Assembly (NCBI GenBank): GCA_030248215.1
Contig: JASANG010001329.1
Location: 248,001 to 312,000 of the forward strand
Source: Enoplolaimus lenunculus
Taxonomy: Eukaryota
Direction of reading: 5' to 3'
Length of the DNA stretch: 64,000 bases
Shown here: one piece after another, positions 61,721-64,000 of the stretch
Layout: every line of letters begins with the position of its first letter
Position numbering within the stretch: position 1 is the stretch's first letter
The notes under the pieces: model-generated
What the model saw: only the letters and a program-made list of their open reading frames with translations
Told to the model about the DNA's origin: nothing
Databases searched by the model: none
Program-made: the position numbers and the translations under genes

Positions 61721-62636
61721 ATGCTTCGGCCAGCGGTATTAGTGTTGTTCGGTATGGCTGTACTGTGTGCGTCAGCGAAACTATCGACAAAAGAGCGTAT
61801 TCTCAAGTCTTTGCAAGATGTAAGTCAATTTGTTCATAACTTTAGAGCCATTATACTGTGAATTCCCTATTAATTTGGTATAATTCTTAACATCAGCTGC
61901 TGACAGCATCTTACCTAATATATAAACTAAATAAAATGTGAAATTTTACCATTTTTGCAGCGTTTAGATAACCTACATTACATACATCTGCATGAAATTT
62001 TCTGCTAGTAATAAATTATACGCATATCAGGTTACGAATATATATTTGCCGGTTTCAAATCAATTAATTTTATACGTATGCTGCACATTGGCAGATTCAG
62101 AAACTTCTGATGATAGCAGCTCGCTAAAACAAAATCTAGCCAGCGCCAAATCAAATGCAAATATAGTGGTACTCTGCAAAAATGGTGAGTCAAATTGACT
62201 CTTACCAAAATAGACTTTTCCTGACTACACAAACTGAGTCAATACTGTACTACGCCAGAGTCAAATTGTGTCGAATTTGACTCTGGCAAATTCGAATTTT
62301 GACTCAGTTTGTGTAGTCAGGAAAAGCCTATTTTGGTAAGAGTCAATTTTACTCACCATTTCTTGCAGTATACAAAAGTAAAAATTAGTAAGGTAGGAGA
62401 AACTTTATCAGTTTTTTTGTAAATAATTTAAAACGGAGGCTACGTCTTATCTTTGCATTCGTCCCAGGTCCTGGTTGCAATCCTATTGGCAAACCAACTT
62501 GAAATTTTTTAATTGATATTGCATTTTGTTTTGTTTCCAGCATATCAATGACAATCATTTATTGAAAGCCTGGATGAAATCTTCTGGTTTAATCACAAGT
62601 CGAGGATTATACAGACCTCATTCGACGGTGCTTCTG
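61721..62636 (+). CDS. Secreted protein, first two coding exons (3' part unresolved)
   Basis: Exon 61721-61819 encodes MLRPAVLVLFGMAVLCASA-KLSTKERILKSLQD|gtaagt, a clear signal peptide. Exon 62541-62636 follows ttttgtttccag and is open in phase 0 (HINDNHLLKAWMKSSGLITSRGLYRPHSTVLL|gtaaaa). A strong acceptor at 63517 could add KKPSRFVRMFKKGNTYQSNVPERFLYLH* (to 63604). Confidence 0.68.
62170..62372. mobile_element. Near-perfect palindromic MITE (~200 bp), intronic
   Basis: ~70-bp outer arms (CTGCAAAAATGGTGAGTCAAATTGACTCTTACCAAAATAG...) plus a 14-bp inner stem GCCAGAGTCAAATT/AATTTGACTCTGGC; TA-flanked. Confidence 0.88.
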
Positions 62637-63669
62637 GTAAAATAAACTATTATGACTATGAAACCCAGTTTATTTGGTGACTATTTATACTGAGACCTTA
62701 AAAACTTAGATTAATGCGATGAAAAAACTAAATCTTAGCGTTTCGGTCTAAAATTTGTGCTTAAATTAAAGCCATTGGCTTTTCGTTTTCAGCATTTTAT
62801 ACAACTGCGCCGTTTTCTCTCTTTGTATCTATGCAGCAACACGTTTAGTATTCAGGTGAAGTCTATTAAAATTGATGAGTGTAAACAAAGTGTCACCCTA
62901 TGTTGAACTTCAGTCAAGGTTGGATCCACCGCAACATGATACCGAGTCACTGAACACCTGGAGAACACGTTACGGGCTGGGCTCGTGCTCTCAAACCTAC
63001 GGATTTTTAAGCGAACGCTCTACTGCCACGAGCCTGTCTCTGCTTGAATGGGAAGTGGGAAAGGATTTTTTACCCGACCCTCGCTTTACCCACGCAAGCA
63101 GAATTTTTCACCCGCGGGTATAGCCGCGCAAAAAAGATCTACCCACGACCCACCTTTTACCCGCGGCTGAAATCAAACCAGTTTTTTAAAGATCGCTGGG
63201 GATTCGCGCTTTAATGAAGCTTTGCGACATAGCTTCAATGAATTTTACAAATAAAATTTTACTAGAAACAACAAAATTTCAAACCCAGCTAAATAAAGCA
63301 CGCACCGCACCTGGCCAGAAATGAAACAGACAATAGCGTAAGTTTTCCACCTTAAAACTTAGTTTACTCGAGGGTAATGTCCCACTCTGGTCTCTACAAC
63401 TGCTTCAAAACATCGACCATATATGTCGAAACATATACTGCAGGCAAGAATACGGTGCCGTGGACAAGCATATTCCTTTTGCTTAGAAGTATGGATTTTA
63501 ATACTTTTTCTTTTCAGAAAAAACCTTCGAGATTTGTACGCATGTTCAAAAAAGGCAACACATACCAGTCAAACGTACCAGAACGATTTCTATATTTGCA
63601 TTGAACATCATATGAAATATCGTGCTGCAATACGTGGGTGTTCTTAGAAACAAAACATTCGAAAACATA

Positions 63670-64000
63670 CTGTAGTGACCCGAATAAGAGGGTGTGGAGT
63701 AATAAGAGGGGGTCTCATTTTGAGTCCCAATCAATAGGAATCCGTATCCCTAATAAGAGTCCATAAGGGGATAGAGTCCTCAAACACTAAAAAACTTCAG
63801 CACCAATAATGCAGAGTTCTAACCATTAAACCATACTTATTTTTTGAAACTACATTCCTAAGTATAACCTTGCACTATAGCTCAAGTTTTTGATACAAGA
63901 CAAAGGTTTAGTTCAACGAATAATTGCAATACCGGGTATATATTAGTACCGAAGGGCGGCGGAAGACAGGTTAAAAATAAATTACAGTCCGTAACCGACT
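63670..64000 (-). mobile_element. MITE family C, cut by the window end
   Basis: ta|CTGTAGTGACCCGAATAAGA end; body almost identical to 58400-58677. Confidence 0.9.

Overview
AT-rich eukaryotic genomic DNA with intron-rich genes and many short repeats, most likely from a nematode. This is inferred from abundant interstitial TTAGGC, the nematode telomere hexamer; the long introns and ancestral-looking exon structure suggest an early-branching lineage. Hand-splicing gives three complete, phase-consistent gene models. (1) A 10-exon PRKX/PKA-C3-type kinase (+, 5529-14194, 420 aa). (2) A 6-exon type I membrane protein that I cannot assign to a family (-, 17653-22206, 561 aa). (3) A 6-exon DNAJB6/B2/B8-type J-protein (-, 27959-33829, 223 aa). 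The 5' exons of a small secreted protein start at 61721 (+). About 34-61 kb contains no confident gene. Non-coding DNA is packed with non-autonomous DNA transposons (MITEs). The most striking is a ~200-bp family, about 10 copies, with GGCC-ended inverted repeats, 8-bp target-site duplications (Merlin-like signature) and internal TTAGGC telomere tracts; at least one unrelated family also carries TTAGGC. Also present: a 228-bp intronic satellite with decoy splice acceptors, a tandem pair of tRNA-like units, several palindromes, and two almost identical MITE copies 5323 bp apart flanking the secreted gene. No transposase ORF, rRNA, intact tRNA or CRISPR was found. All comparisons were made by eye; no database searches were run.
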